Shown here: one piece after another, positions 42,620 to 56,790 of the stretch
Numbering within the stretch: position 1 is the first letter of the stretch
Layout of the letters: each line of letters starts with the position of its first letter
Notes under the pieces: model-generated
What the model saw: the letters and a program-made list of their open reading frames with translations, nothing else
Database searches by the model: none
What the model was told of the DNA's origin: nothing
Assembly: GCA_951406725.2 (NCBI GenBank)
Contig: OX597825.1
Coordinates: 8,680,001-8,744,000, forward strand
DNA: 64,000 nucleotides
Direction: 5' to 3'
From: Octopus vulgaris
Taxonomy: Eukaryota
Made by a program: the position numbers and the translations under genes

Positions 42620-42883
42620 TACACACGTACACACACACATGCACACATACACATATCTGTATAATGCGTGTAAAGCGTTTATAAAGCGAGAAGGAAACGG
42701 CATACTCGAAAAGGAATATTTAAATTTCTTGCTGATCAGGCAATTTACGGAGAGCCAGAGGCATTTAGGTTTGATATTCTAATGACTTTCAAACTAGAGG
42801 AAACTTTAATTGCAAACTAGAAGCTAACTTGCGATGGAGACCTTATTTAAAGACGCCTACGTCTAGGCAAAAACATGCATACA

Positions 42884-42962
<79 letters not shown>

Positions 42963-43161
42963 TTATGTATGTGTGTATGTATGTATGCTGAGCTACAAAG
43001 AAATGTTGCACTGTAAAACATTTGTTTCACACATGATGTTGAGATGATATGTGGATTTTATCACGTTTCTAGGTAAGTTGACATCATGAAGATATCACTG
43101 ATCAACAACACCACCCTCTTTTTGCCAACACAAGGATTTGACGTACATATATGTGTATGTA

Positions 43162-43255
<94 letters not shown>

Positions 43256-43488
43256 GTATATATATATATACATGTATATATATATATATATATATACTAA
43301 GTAATTAAGGGTTTAGCAACGAATTGCCTCACCAACACACCGAATTTAGAAATAGCAGTCAAAGAGATATAGCTATTCCTTCTACCAAAAGGGGGATCTC
43401 AGTAAAAACACACCACTTGAAAGGCAAACACAGACAGGTAAGAAAGAAAGAATGAAATGACGGCAATCTATCATGCAATTTTAAGTTA

Positions 43489-45351
43489 CCTACGGACGTA
43501 CGTTTCGAGATCAAGTTTTAGGATAGCATAAGAATTAGAAAATTCTACTTTACCCAAACTTCTTCTCTCATCTGCGCAGGATACGACAATTATGAATAAT
43601 TGTATATTAAATTTTGAGATACTAGAATGCATCATCTCAACTCAGTGTCAGAGCGAGCCAAAGCATGACCAGTACCACGAAATTCAAAGTTTGAATGAAA
43701 GTTTGTGTCACCAGCCCCCTTCCACCCGCGTGTAGCCAAGACAAAATGCTGCGGTCATTCACTGGATAAAATATGGTTATCAGTAGTAATAATAAAGGGT
43801 GAAATTAATTAATTAGGGATAATTATCAATTACACCAAGTAGATTTCGGCATGTAAAAGCCCCATTCGAGGAAAATTTAAGTAATACTAAGTAATTAAGG
43901 GTTTAGCAACGAATTGCCTCACCAACACACCGAATTTAGAAATAGCAGTCAAAGAGATATAGCTATTCCTTCTACCAAAAGGGGGATCTCAGTAAAAACA
44001 CAGCACTTGAAAGGCAAACACAGACAGGTAAGAAAGAAAGAATGAAATGACGGCAATCTATCATGCTATTTTAAGTTACCTACGGACGTACGTTTCGAGA
44101 TCAAGTTTTAGGATAGCATAAGAATTAGAAAATTCTACTTTACCCAAACTTCTTCTCTCATCGGCGCAGGATACGACAATTATGAATAATTGTATATTAA
44201 ATTTTGAGATACTAGAATGCATCATCTCAACTCAGTGTCAGAGCGAGCCAAAGCATGACCAGTACCACGAAATTCAAAGTTTGAATGAAAGTTTGTGTCA
44301 CCAGCCCCCTTCCACCCGCGTGTAGCCAAGACAAAATGCTGCGGTCATTCACTGGGATAAAATATGGTTATCAGTAGTAATAATAAAGGGTGAAATTAAT
44401 TAATTAGGGATAATTATCAATTACACCAAGTAGATTTCGGCATGTAAAAGCCCCATTCGAGGAAAATTTAAGTAATACTAAGTAATTAAGGCTTTAGCAA
44501 CGAATTGCCTCACCAACACACCGAATTTAGAAATAGCAGTCAAAGAGATATAGCTATTCCTTCTACCAAAAGGGGATCTCAGTAAAAACACAGCACTTGA
44601 AAGGCAAACACAGACAGGTAAGAAAGAAAGAATGAAATGACGGCAATCTATCATGCAATTTTAAGTTACCTACGGACGTACGTTTCGAGATCAAGTTTTA
44701 GGATAGCATAAGAATTAGAAAATTCTACTTTACCCAAACTTCTTCTCTCATCGGCGCAGGATACGACAATTATGAATAATTGTATATTAAATTTTGAGAT
44801 ACTAGAATGCATCATCTCAACTCAGTGTCAAAGCGAGCCAAAGCATGACCAGTACCACGAAATTCAAAGTTTGAATGAAAGTTTGTGTCACCAGCCCCCT
44901 TCCACCCGCGTGTAGCCAAGACAAAATGCTGCGGTCATTCACTGGGATAAAATATGGTTATCAGTAGTAATAATAAAGGGTGAAATTAATTAATTAGGGA
45001 TAATTATCAATTACACCAAGTAGATTTCGGCATGTAAAAGCCCCATTCGAGGAAAATTTAAATAATACTAAGTAATTAAGGGTTTAGCAACGAATTGCCT
45101 CACCAACACACCGAATTTAGAAATAGCAGTCAAAGAGATATAGCTATTCCTTCTACCAAAAGGGGGATCTCAGTAAAAACACAGCACTTGAAAGGCAAAC
45201 ACAGGCAGGTAAGAAAGAAAGAATGAAATGACGGCAATCTATCATGCAATTTTAAGTTACCTACGGACGTACGTTTCGAGATCAAGTTTTAGGATAGCAT
45301 AAGAATTAGAAAATTCTACTTTACCCAAACTTCTTCTCTCATCGGCGCAGG
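43489..45351 (-). ncRNA. Four tandem type I hammerheads (43489-43580, 44079-44170, 44669-44760, 45260-45351)
   Basis: Reverse complements of the plus-strand motif; the outermost copy has core CAGATGA, the others CCGATGA. Confidence 0.8.
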
Positions 45352-45547
45352 ATACGACAATTATGAATAATTGTATATTAAATTTTGAGATACTAGAATG
45401 CATCATCACAACTCAGTGTCAGAGCGAGCCAAATCAAACTTTGAATTTCGTGGTACTGGTCATGCTTTGGCTCGCTCTGACACTGAGTTGAGATGATGCA
45501 TTCTAGTATCTCAAAATTTAATATACAATTATTCATAATTGTCGTAT

Positions 45548-46820
45548 CCTGCGCCGATGAGAGAAGAAGTTTGGGTAAAGTAGAATTTTCTAATTATTAT
45601 GCTATCCTAAAACTTGATCTCGAAACGTACGTCCGTAGGTAACTTAAAATAGCATGATAGATTGCCGTCATTTCATTCTTTCTTTCTTACCTGTCTGTGT
45701 TTGCCTTTCAAGTGCTGTGTTTTTACTGAGATCCCCCTTTGGTAGAAGGAATAGCTATATCTCTTTGACTGCTATTTCTAAATTCGGTGTGTTGGTGAGG
45801 CAATTCGTTGCTAAACCCTTAATTACTTAGTATTACTTAAATTTTCCTCGAATGGGGCTTTTACATGCCGAAATCTACTTGGTGTAATTGATAATTATCC
45901 CTAATTAATTAATTTCACCCTTTATTATTACTACTGATAACCATATTTTATCCCAGTGAATGACCGCAGCATTTTGTCTTGGCTACACGCGGGTGGAAGG
46001 GGGCTGGTGACACAAACTTTCATTCAAACTTTGAATTTCGTGGTACTGGTCATGCTTTGGCTCGCTCTGACACTGAGTTGAGATGATGCATTCTAGTATC
46101 TCAAAATTTAATATACAATTATTCATAATTGTCGTATCCTGCGCCGATGAGAGAAGAAGTTTGGGTAAAGTAGAATTTTCTAATTCTTATGCTATCCTAA
46201 AACTTGATCTCGAAACGTACGTCCGTAGGTAACTTAAAATAGCATGATAGATTGCCGTCATTTCATTCTTTCTTTCTTACCTGTCTGTGTTTGCCTTTCA
46301 AGTGCTGTGTTTTTACTGAGATCCCCCTTTTGGTAGAAGGAATAGCTATATCTCTTTGACTGCTATTTCTAAATTCGGTGTGTTGGTGAGGCAATTCGTT
46401 GCTAAACCCTTAATTACTTAGTATTACTTAAATTTTCCTCGAATGGGGCTTTTACATGCCGAAATCTACTTGGTGTAATTGATAATTATCCCTAATTAAT
46501 TAATTTCACCCTTTATTATTACTACTGATAACCATATTTTATTCCAGTGAATGACCGCAGCATTTTGTCTTGGCTACACGCGGGTGGAAGGGGGCTGGTG
46601 ACACAAACTTTCATTCAAACTTTGAATTTCGTGGTACTGGTCATGCTTTGGCTCGCTCTGACACTGAGTTGAGATGATGCATTCTAGTATCTCAAAATTT
46701 AATATACAATTATTCATAATTGTCGTATCCTGCGCCGATGAGAGAAGAAGTTTGGGTAAAGTAGAATTTTCTAATTCTTATGCTATCCTAAAACTTGATC
46801 TCGAAACGTACGTCCGTAGG
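45548..46820 (+). ncRNA. Three tandem type I hammerheads (45548-45639, 46138-46229, 46729-46820)
   Basis: cctgcg / CCGATGA / gaga..aagttt...aaactt..tctc / GAAA / cgtacg / TC / cgtagg. Confidence 0.8.
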
Positions 46821-47065
46821 TAACTTAAAATTGCATGATAGATTGCCGTCATTTCATTCTTTCTTACCTGTCTGTGTTTGCCTTTCAAGTGCCGTGTTTT
46901 TACTGAGATCCCCCTTTTGGTAGAAGGAATAGCTATATCTCTTTGACTGCTATTTCTAAATTCGGTGTGTTGGTGAGGCAATTCGTTGCTAAACCCTTAA
47001 TTACTTAGTATTACTTGAAATCTACTTGGTGTAATTGATAATTAATTAATTTCACCCTTTATTAT

Positions 47066-47185
<120 letters not shown>

Positions 47186-47235
47186 GTATATATATATACA
47201 TATATATATATGTGTTTATATATATATATATATAT

Positions 47236-47400
47236 ACGACTGGCTCCTTTCTGTTTCCGTCTGCTAAATCCACTGACAAGGCTTTGGACGGCCCGAGGCT
47301 ATAGTCATAGAATACACTTGCTGAAGTTGCCACGTTGTCCGACTGAAACTGCAACAATGTCGTTGGGAAGCAAGCTTTTCACCACACAGCCATACCTGCT
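47236..47400 (-). mobile_element. SINE family 1 head
   Basis: Reverse complement of ggctgtgtggtgaaaagcttgcttccca...acggaaacagaaagg. Confidence 0.75.
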
Positions 47401-47741
47401 CTGATATATATAAATATATGCACATATATATGCATACGCTTGAAATTTACCTACTCATACAATTACGTTTGACTAAAGTCTGAAGAGCTCTCATTCACGG
47501 CACGTTTGGTTTTGGGTTCAGACATGAATACGGTGTTGAAATGTCACCATTTCAGTAATATCTTCCAAACTGGAAAATATTTTAGGTAAGGAATGGAAGG
47601 GAGTAATCGGATGTCTCCAGTGACCCATTGCTCATTTCATAAAAAGTACAACTTTTAAAAGTTTTCGACACCACATCAATACGGGAAGAAATTTAAGCAT
47701 GCGAAAATGATTATGCGCGCGCAAACACACGTTTACACACA

Positions 47742-47789
<48 letters not shown>

Positions 47790-47924
47790 ATTACGTATAT
47801 ATGAATGTATTTTTACGTGAAAGTATATGCATATATTTGTCTATGTGCGTGTATGTCTAATCTCTCTATATATATGCATGCATATATGTGTCTGTGTGTA
47901 TATATGTATGTGTATGCATGTATG

Positions 47925-47959
<35 letters not shown>

Positions 47960-48054
47960 GTAAATATATATATATATATATATGTATGTATATATGTATG
48001 TATATATGTATGTATGTGTATATATATATATATATGTATATATATATGTATACT

Positions 48055-48243
48055 CTGTGTTTGTCTCCCCAGCATCGCTTGAAAACCGATGCTATTTACA
48101 TCCCCGTAATTTACCAGTTCTGCAAAAGTGATCGATAGAATAAGTACTAGGCTTACAAAGAATAAGTCCTGGGGGCGATTTGCTCAACTAAAAGTGGTGC
48201 TCCAGCATGGCGACTCTCAACTAACTGAAACAAGTAAAAGAGT
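48055..48243 (+). mobile_element. SINE family 1 tail
   Basis: gatagaataagtactaggcttacaaagaataagtcctgggg...gtgctccagcatgg. Confidence 0.8.
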
Positions 48244-48821
48244 ATACGTTTATATACATGTATACACGACCTGTTGTGTGTGTCCTCTTTCACTTTTCGG
48301 GGCCTGGTATTACCAGAAGAGCAACGAAAGCCATACATATATTAATTACTGAGTAAACGCGTTTCATTAATAATAGAAAGAATTCCATCAGCCAAAATAA
48401 TCAAAAGGAGAAAAAACTAGGGTTAAGTATTTTTTTTTCTAATGATTTTTAATTTCTCATTTAATAGAAATTTGTAACGCGTGTTGCTATTCTGACGCGT
48501 ATATTTTCTTGCGCAATTTAATAAATATCATTAAATAAATAATACCGTTGGGTATAATTATTTGACTTTTTCATGCGTATAATATCATTTGCTCTCCGGT
48601 TATTTCTCTTGGGAAATGAGCAAACCAACAAAATGCCTGATTTAGTGTGAAGATCGTCTGAGAAGATATATTTCAAAGACATCAGATTTCAATGTTTCAC
48701 ATGCATTTAATTCATCGCATTCTCATTATTTTCATCTTAACTTTCTAAATTGTTACACTGGTTGATGGAAAGAGAAATTGCAGAATAGCACATTATCTGC
48801 CTTGTGGTATTCAGTGAAAAA

Positions 48822-49058
48822 GGCGGCGAGCTGGCAGAAACGTTAGCACGCCGGGCGAAATGCGTAGCCGTATTTCGTCTGCCGTTACATTCTGAGTTCA
48901 AATTCCGCCGAGGTCGACTTTGCCTTTCATCCTTTCGGGGTCGATTAAATAAGTACCAATTACGCACTGGGATCGATGTAATCGATTTAATCCGTTTGTC
49001 TGTCCTTGTTTGTCTATTCTGTGTTTAGCCCCTTGTGGGCAGTAAAGAAAGAGGTATT
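48822..49058 (+). mobile_element. SINE family 2
   Basis: Full head and body; ggtattcagtgaa is repeated on both sides (TSD-like). Confidence 0.9.
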
Positions 49059-49464
49059 CAGTGAAGATTATTTAACATTTTTGCTTTCAAATATAACATT
49101 TAGTTAGGTATTAATTGCATAAAACTGCTACTTCCATACTCCCTGCAAAAAAAAAAAAAAATCCCTAAACTGGTTTGCTATTAGGATTATGATGGATTAT
49201 TTCATTCATGAAGATTCGAAATCCGTTTTATTGATTCATAGCTCCATTTTAGTACATTTCTACAATTTTGTAAAATGCATGAATTTCGACACATGATTAA
49301 GACACATATTCAGATTCAATGTCTATGAATAGGACTGCTCTGGGTTTTTAAATGCGGCGGCTTGATATTCTGTTTATTTTACGGTTTTACTATACTTTTA
49401 TACCTGGCTACATGTGTAAAGCAAATATATCACTCTTTGCAATATTTACTCCATTATACTACGC

Positions 49465-49822
49465 GGTACTCTGTCGGTACTCTACGTGGGTTCAGTTGAT
49501 ACAATCAAAGAAATAGCCTGCTCGTAAAATTAACGCAAAAGTGGTTGAGCACTCCACAGACACGTGTATAGTTAACGTAGTTCCCGGGGAGATTCAGCGT
49601 GACAAGCCTGGCCCTTCGAAATACAGATAGAACAGAAACAGGAAGAAAGAGCGAGAGAATGTTGTGGCGAAAGGGTGAAAGTGTAGAGCAGGGTTCGCAA
49701 CCACCTCTTGCCGGAGTCTCGTGGAGCTTTAGGTGTTTTTCACAACGCGCAGTATGGTAATCGAACCCGCGATCCTACGACAGCGAGTCTGCTGCCCTAA
49801 CGACTCGGCCATTGCGCCTCAC
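49465..49822 (-). mobile_element. SINE family 3, tail type b
   Basis: Reverse complement of gaggcgcaatggccgagtcgttagggcagcagactcg... Confidence 0.85.
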
Positions 49823-50345
49823 ACTTCGTGTGTATAGATATATATGTGAATACTTAATATTGTGTATTTTGTAGTGATTATTATTAGCATGTCGTAAAAT
49901 GTTTACGTACATTCACTCTTACGCACAAACATATGACTACATACATATCACCATATGTTCTTGTGTCTTTTCAGTGTGGTGTGAACTTACATATATATGC
50001 TTTAGTATTTTTATATAATTGTGTACACTTCTTTCAAATAACAATATCTTTCGATTACATTTTAGGTGCGGAGTTGTCACTACGTACATTTCTTTTTAAA
50101 CATTTGTTTGGGAAAATCCAAAGGAAACTTCTTTAAGTTGTAGTTAGATTGTATTTTTATGTTTCAAATATTTATTAAAATAACTCTGTATTTGTGTGTG
50201 AATACGCTAGAGGTCTGCGATGATTGTGTATCGTTTATTTTATCATTGTGTGCGTATGTAGTCGTGTTTTAATTTGTATACAAACAAATGCTCGAATATC
50301 TTTGGGCGAGATTAATTTTCAATATATATATATATATATATACAA

Positions 50346-50407
<62 letters not shown>

Positions 50408-51259
50408 GTACAAATATGTGTGTGTACGCGCTTGTGTGGATACAACTAAAATCAAAATAGAAAATATCACAGTTAGACACTAACATATTCGGACAGTCGA
50501 AAAGAACCACAAACAAATACGAAACACAATAAAATTAGCTTTGTAAGATATATTTGTATTCTAGAAAAAATGTGTTTTGACTCATTCTTCGTAGATTATA
50601 CGATATACACATGATTGGAATATATTAAATTTCAACCCGTCTGTAAATTAATTCAAACGATAATACACCATTTTGTTTTCGTCTTGCCATATAAATTGAT
50701 CAAAGTTAATCTGTAGTACAATAGTGACTACGTGCATACAATATCTAACACTACAAAACAGAAATAAGTTTGCATAACATTTTATATTTGATTTTCATTT
50801 TGTGCTTAAGAAAATATTGGACACATTTCTGGTTTACTAATGAAGATTATCAAGTATGAACGCTTAATCTTATAACATAAATTATTTTGTCAATATTATC
50901 GTTTTATTTTATCTCCCGGAATAAGCACGAAACCATCTCTCACCGACATGTATACACACACACACACACATATATATATATATGTATGTGTGTGTGTGTC
51001 TGTGTGTGTACATATACGTATGATGGTATGTATGCATGTATGTATATGTATGCAGAAAAAGAAAAAAGAGTCGGAGAGTAATGATTGTTTAAATGTGTAA
51101 AACGGCTAACATGAAGCTAATTTAATACAATCATCGCAGTGATTCTTTCTCCCAACAATAGGATGACATTTTTGTCTCAGAAGTAATAGTTTGGTTATTT
51201 AGTTTGACAACGTATTATAGAAAGAAATTAATGTTTTTAATTTTCTCATTGTTTCATGC

Positions 51260-51766
51260 TTGTTCAGCTTGATCGTTCAAATCGGGCTAATAAAGGTTCG
51301 AACCTCGTCCTGTCGTCCTTCCTCTCGGTGCCATGAATCTCCTAACAGAGTATCAGGTCTGCCCGATCGCTTTTTTATCAATAAGGCTAAAATCTCCAGC
51401 TCGGAACCCTGCGAACCTTGCGAACCACTTCTGTACAGTTCTTTCGCATAAAGAAACATCACCGTAAACTGAGCATATTTCTTTGGTTGCTTGTGACATA
51501 TTTTCCCCATTACGGAGGAAGAAAAGCATCAAGTGCAGAAAATGAACTTTGTTATCTTCCATTTAAAATGGATGATAAAAAAGATAAGAAAGATATCAAT
51601 TATAACAGGTTATAGGAACATAACCTTACATCCACGGAAAGATAGCTTAAACTGTGCTCTAAATGGAGTTGTAGTTAAATCCTATTTTATAGACTCAACC
51701 ATGTTCTAAAAGAAGTCGAAAGTTAAGCTACTATAAATTGGCACGAACTTTCCGGACAACCCAATA
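51260..51766 (-). pseudogene. Mariner transposase N-terminal remnant with 5' TIR
   Basis: MEDNKVHFLHLMLFFLRNGEN..QATKEICSVYGD..LCERTVQKWFARF..GDFSL, then RSGRP after a frameshift; TIR TAttgggttgtccggaaagttcg. Confidence 0.9.
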
Positions 51767-51776
51767 TATATATATA

Positions 51777-52168
51777 TTCAAATGAATATGGTACTTAATT
51801 TAGATGCACCAGAATATTGTGTGGTGTTATCCATAAAAATCCGTGGGGTGATTATAATCAAAATAAGCAACAAGAACGACTCCGGTAATTTGGTACGATC
51901 GTTTCCTACTACATCATTTTATTAAATGTTGTAAGTATTACAACAGATTTAAGATGCTGAGTACTCATCAGCCAATTAGAGAGGTTTTCCATTAATACAA
52001 AAATTTTCACTTGATTTGAAAATTTTTATATTAATGGAAAACCTCTATAATTGGCTGATGAGTACTCAGCATCTTAAATCTGTTGTAATACTTACAACAT
52101 TTAATAAAACGATGTAGTTGGAAACGATCGTACCAAATTACCGGAGTCATTCTTGTTGCTTATTTTGA
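51777..52168. mobile_element. Fold-back PLE-like element (family A relative) in (TA)n
   Basis: Arms 51858-52009 and 52017-52168; tail 51777-51857 homologous to the tail at 3657-3731. Confidence 0.85.
52051..52136 (+). ncRNA. Type I hammerhead ribozyme (mirror copy 51890-51975 on minus strand)
   Basis: ttgg / CTGATGA(52055) / long stem II containing the tgttgtaa-ttacaaca hairpin / GAAA(52121) / cgatcg / TA / ccaa; base of stem II imperfect. Confidence 0.75.
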
Positions 52169-52201
<33 letters not shown>

Positions 52202-53469
52202 CGTACATGCAGAGAGAGAGACAGGCACTCCGCGCTGCGGCTACCCTAGATTACAGAATTTCGCTCTAATGGAAACTGAAGTATGACCATAAATTTCAGG
52301 ATCCGGTTAGTATTTTAGCTCTTCGAGGAACTTGTGTAGCTTAGTTTTAAATTATTAATAACTTAAAACTACGCTCTTTTCTTAGCTCAAGGGTCACCGA
52401 CGTTTTATTTAACATCAAAGTAGATCGTTAACGATTACAAAAGCATTCGCGACAGTGCACTCAGACACACACATACCACACATACAAACATGCATATACA
52501 ATGTACTTAATGTGAGTACATAGCTGTGTATGTGTGCATAGGCATGTGTGAGTGTGTGTGTTTTTCTATCCTCAACACTAGTATAACCATCAAAAGAAAA
52601 GAATTATATAGTATGAATAAGATACGCAAATTTATTTCAAATAAAAGCCTATTGTATTGTAGTATAATTTAAAAGTTGAATGAAATACCTTTGATCTTAG
52701 ATCTATGAGGATTAATTTGAGAGTAAGGAGATACAGTCATACAATTAACAAGAACGATATGACCACCACACCACCAACAATACCTGGACACTGTCTCAAA
52801 CATTTTAACCAATGCAAGCCATATCAGTCCGCTAGTGTTTGATTCCAACTATTTACACAGATATCAGTACGTACGCCTACACATGAGTGTGTAATTGTCT
52901 GTGTCTGTGCGTGCGTGTGTGTGTTTGCGTATGAGTGCGTGTGTGTGTTTGCGTATGAGTGCGTGTGTGTATTTACGTCTTAGGTCAGAAGTGGAAGAGG
53001 CGATTTTCCCATCAAATCTTGTGTCCCTTCAGCTAACTGTAATCAACTATGTATTACTTCTTCTTTCTCAGTCCTTCCTCTCATCTTCTTTTCATTATTG
53101 CATCTGTTGTGTGGACGCCCCCAGACGATGAAGTAGGCTAGCCCAATACGTAGATATAGGGGGAGAAGTCTAGACGTCGTCAGAGAGTAGCGATAAGAGA
53201 CTAGAACAGAGTAGAGTGGAGTAGTAGAGGCATACGAATGTGCGACATTACAGCATCAATAGGCAAAAGACAATTTTCTACTCTGACAAAACAAATTTTA
53301 CCTGGACTAATTATTTTACTACATATCTGTGGTGTATAATTAATCGCCGTTGCTGTTGGATTTGCTTTCAATTTAAATTCTCTGGAAGAGGCTATCAAGT
53401 AGACATGCAGGCATTATTGCGATAAAGTATTTGAAAAGGGATTACTGTGGTTATTGATTTTGATATTTA

Positions 53470-54650
53470 AAAAATACTTGAAGCGGAGATAAAATTAAGT
53501 TATCCAAAACATTACATTCTGAAACGTATACTATGAGAACACTGGGTGACACCAGAGAGAAAATGATGTCAATCGCTCAAGAATCTACACCGTTAATTGT
53601 TCGGACCTTATTTTCCCATAGATCTAATGAAAGGCTTAACATGGAACAACTGTTGTGACTACAGATCAAGGATTAGATTTTCAAACAATACGTGAAACGT
53701 TTGATGCCGATTTGCCGGAAAAGGAAGCTGAAACTTCTAATGAAAATCTTTTAAGCACATGAATTTGCACAGCATAAAAGTGACTGCTGAAATCGCGCGA
53801 GCTGATACGGAGGCTGCTACTAATTACTCTGAGCAATTTAAGAAAATGATTGCTGAAGTGGGTTAGGCCCCAGCGAAAGTATACAGCATTGGTCTAACTG
53901 CGCTTTTCTGGAAAGCTTTTATTTCTCTCGACTGCGCTTTTGTTTCTCAAGAGAAACATTCATCAGCAGGATTTAAAGCGTTTGGAAATTGTCTCGCGGA
54001 AGAATACTGTGAGTGATATGAAAATAAAAGCCCTTACACATGTATCACTGCGAAAATCTAAGGATTTTAGGGTTACAAATAGTTCAAACTACCTCTGATT
54101 CGGCGGTCATATAAGAGGGTATGGATGACTGAGAGCGTTTCCAATGATTGTTTTACAGTGGTCTTTACTCCTGCGATCGAACGTTACCGTGCTTGATATC
54201 ATATTTCTAACAAATCATTGTTTTATATTTAGACAATGCACTGAGCACAACCCCACAGCAAATATAGATGACTTTTCTGATTATTAGAAAGAAGAATATA
54301 TCACGAAGAGTAAAACTTCTTTGTTCCTGCTAATTAGTCAATATAAGATAGCTAACTTCATGACATTTTATAGGTGGGGCGATTGCAAGCAACTTGTGTA
54401 AGCGATTTACAGGGAGGATAGATTTTCAGTTAGAGATTTCTGGGAAAAAAATTTCAACATAATGGATGCTGTGAAACTTTCACATTTGAATAGTGCTTTG
54501 AAAGGTACATGGCGTGACTCTAACCGTGACATAACTTTTCCTCAAACAGAAAGTCTACATCGAATTTAGAGAGATATTTTGACACCTTCAAGTGATGTAA
54601 GATTTGAAATCGCGAGAGAGGAAGATATTAGAGACAACAGAAGTTCCACT
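53470..54650 (+). pseudogene. pogo/Tigger-like transposase, heavily decayed
   Basis: NLHSIKVTAEIARADTEAA, TALFWK, GFKA, KLPLIRRS.KRVWMT, LDNA motifs across frameshifts. Confidence 0.8.
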
Positions 54651-55995
54651 TACACCGCTTAAATTTACTGCATTTTTTTAAACGATTGGCACATATAGAG
54701 GAAGCTCTTCAGGTTTTTGCTGATAACACTTCCAGTCGTCAACTAAACATAAATATTGTAATGTGCTCAGTTTCCAAACAAAGTGTTGATGAGTCATCAA
54801 AATAAATTTGGTAAGATTTTCACTCTTCAAGATGATGTGAGCGTGTGTGTTAGTGTGCGTGTGAATGTGTGTGTGCGCGTGAGTATGTGTATTTGTTTGT
54901 GTGTGTGTGTGTGTGTGTGCATGTGTATTTGTGTGTTTGCGTTTGTGGTTGTGTGTTTGTATATGTGTATGTATATCCACGGCTATCATAACACCGGAGG
55001 CGAGAAATACAAAGTGAGATGGCAGAAGTTAAACAAGTAACGAAAGTGTCGGAATATCAAATGTCGAAATATATTAACGAGAAAACGCTGTAGAAAAATA
55101 TAAAATGGTCGTAATGTAATTTGGAGCTTAAATTCAAAGCAATGCGAATACTTTAGCGGAAACTGATATGGTATATCAATTTAATATTTCCGTTCTTAAA
55201 ATCATCGCCATTGTTGAAGATATTTCTTCTTTTTTTCCCCCCTATAAACATAAGCAAATCAGTCGACTATAATGCTGAATATGTTAATATCTGGAAATAA
55301 TAAATGGAAAGGGAAAGAATCAAGTTAACGAGTGTATCACAATTTAAACTTTTATCGATTTTGTATATTTGCTTGTATTAAAGAAGAGAAAAAAATTCAA
55401 TAATGACAGAATTTAAAGAAGTATTTGATAAATAAGCCATTTTTTTTGTCGTTCATGTCTTCCTTACAATACACTTTTATTATTAATAATCTGTAAATAA
55501 ATATGTTCACCGTATTTCCTTTCTTTTTGCTGTTTTGACATACGGAAGAATAATATGTTACGTTTCCGTAATAAACTCTCTTTTAAACTTGTCAATAGAT
55601 GATTTTTATGAGTACTTCCAATCTTATTTCTAAAAACTCATTTTAAAATTACCGATTTCTTCGTCTAAAATAATTATTGAGATTTAGCAAAATAAAAAAA
55701 CAAAACTATATTACAATTTTTTCTCGGATAAACTTTCTTTTTGTACAGTAAATAAACGATTTTACAAGCTCTTTTCATGTTTTCCTCTAAATTATTTAAA
55801 GATTCAATTTTCAGTGAATACGGTATTTTGAACGTTCTGTAAATTGTTTTATAAATCATTTGGCGTCGCCTGTTCCAATCCAGCCTGTTATACCGAAGAA
55901 TTTTGGGGCTCAGTCCCACTGCGTAGCACATTGGGAAAATGTCTTAAGATAACAACAACAACAACAACAACAGCAACAACAACAATAACAATAAT

Positions 55996-56039
<44 letters not shown>

Positions 56040-56053
56040 TAATAATAATAATA

Positions 56054-56084
<31 letters not shown>

Positions 56085-56089
56085 TATCG

Positions 56090-56790
56090 GGAAAACTATG
56101 GCGAAGTGGAGGACGGAACTGACATGTGGAAGAAGTTTAGGGACAATAGAAATCAAGAGGGGTATCTTCCAATGGGACTGCCAATCCGCAATGATCTTTG
56201 TATTGTGCATGATAACTAACTGATTCTGAGGAAAGCAAAGGACGGGAACGTATTGAAAAACTGTCAACAAAAAGTCAATCATGGATGACCTCAAACCTTA
56301 TGGTAAATATGAATACCAAGTCTGTTCCAGCGTTGATACGGTGTATAATTCCATTGCTGATATCAGAATGAAGTTCGGACTGAAAAAGTATGGTGTGTTA
56401 ATCTTGAAGAGAGGGAAAACGAAACGATACCAGGTTTTTCAACAAAACCTGTGATAAAAAGAAAATAATAATAAAGTAAACAACTATGACGATTTGAAGT
56501 GGGAAATACTAAGGTTGTTGTCAATAAGGAGAGTACATGTGGTGACAACAGTAATTGGTGCATATGGAACTATCAGCGCTCAACTAGCAACATTGCTGAA
56601 AAAGATTTGTACAAGTGTGAAGGTAAAACACCTACAAAAGTCAGCATTGCTTGGAACTGCAATAATTCTTCGCGAGGTTCTTGAAGCATGAGATGTAAGC
56701 AAGTGTCACTTTAGTCTGCTGGCTGTGGACAGCTGACATTTTCCATCATACCCAGCAAAATAAGCTGTGAGTTTTCTTGATATATTAAAG
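56090..56790 (+). mobile_element. R4/Dong-like LINE, internally deleted, next to (TAA)n
   Basis: RT motifs IKRGIFQ.D and MDDLK.YGK, then C-terminus YDDLKWEI...HLQKSALLGTAIILREVLEA*. Confidence 0.85.
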
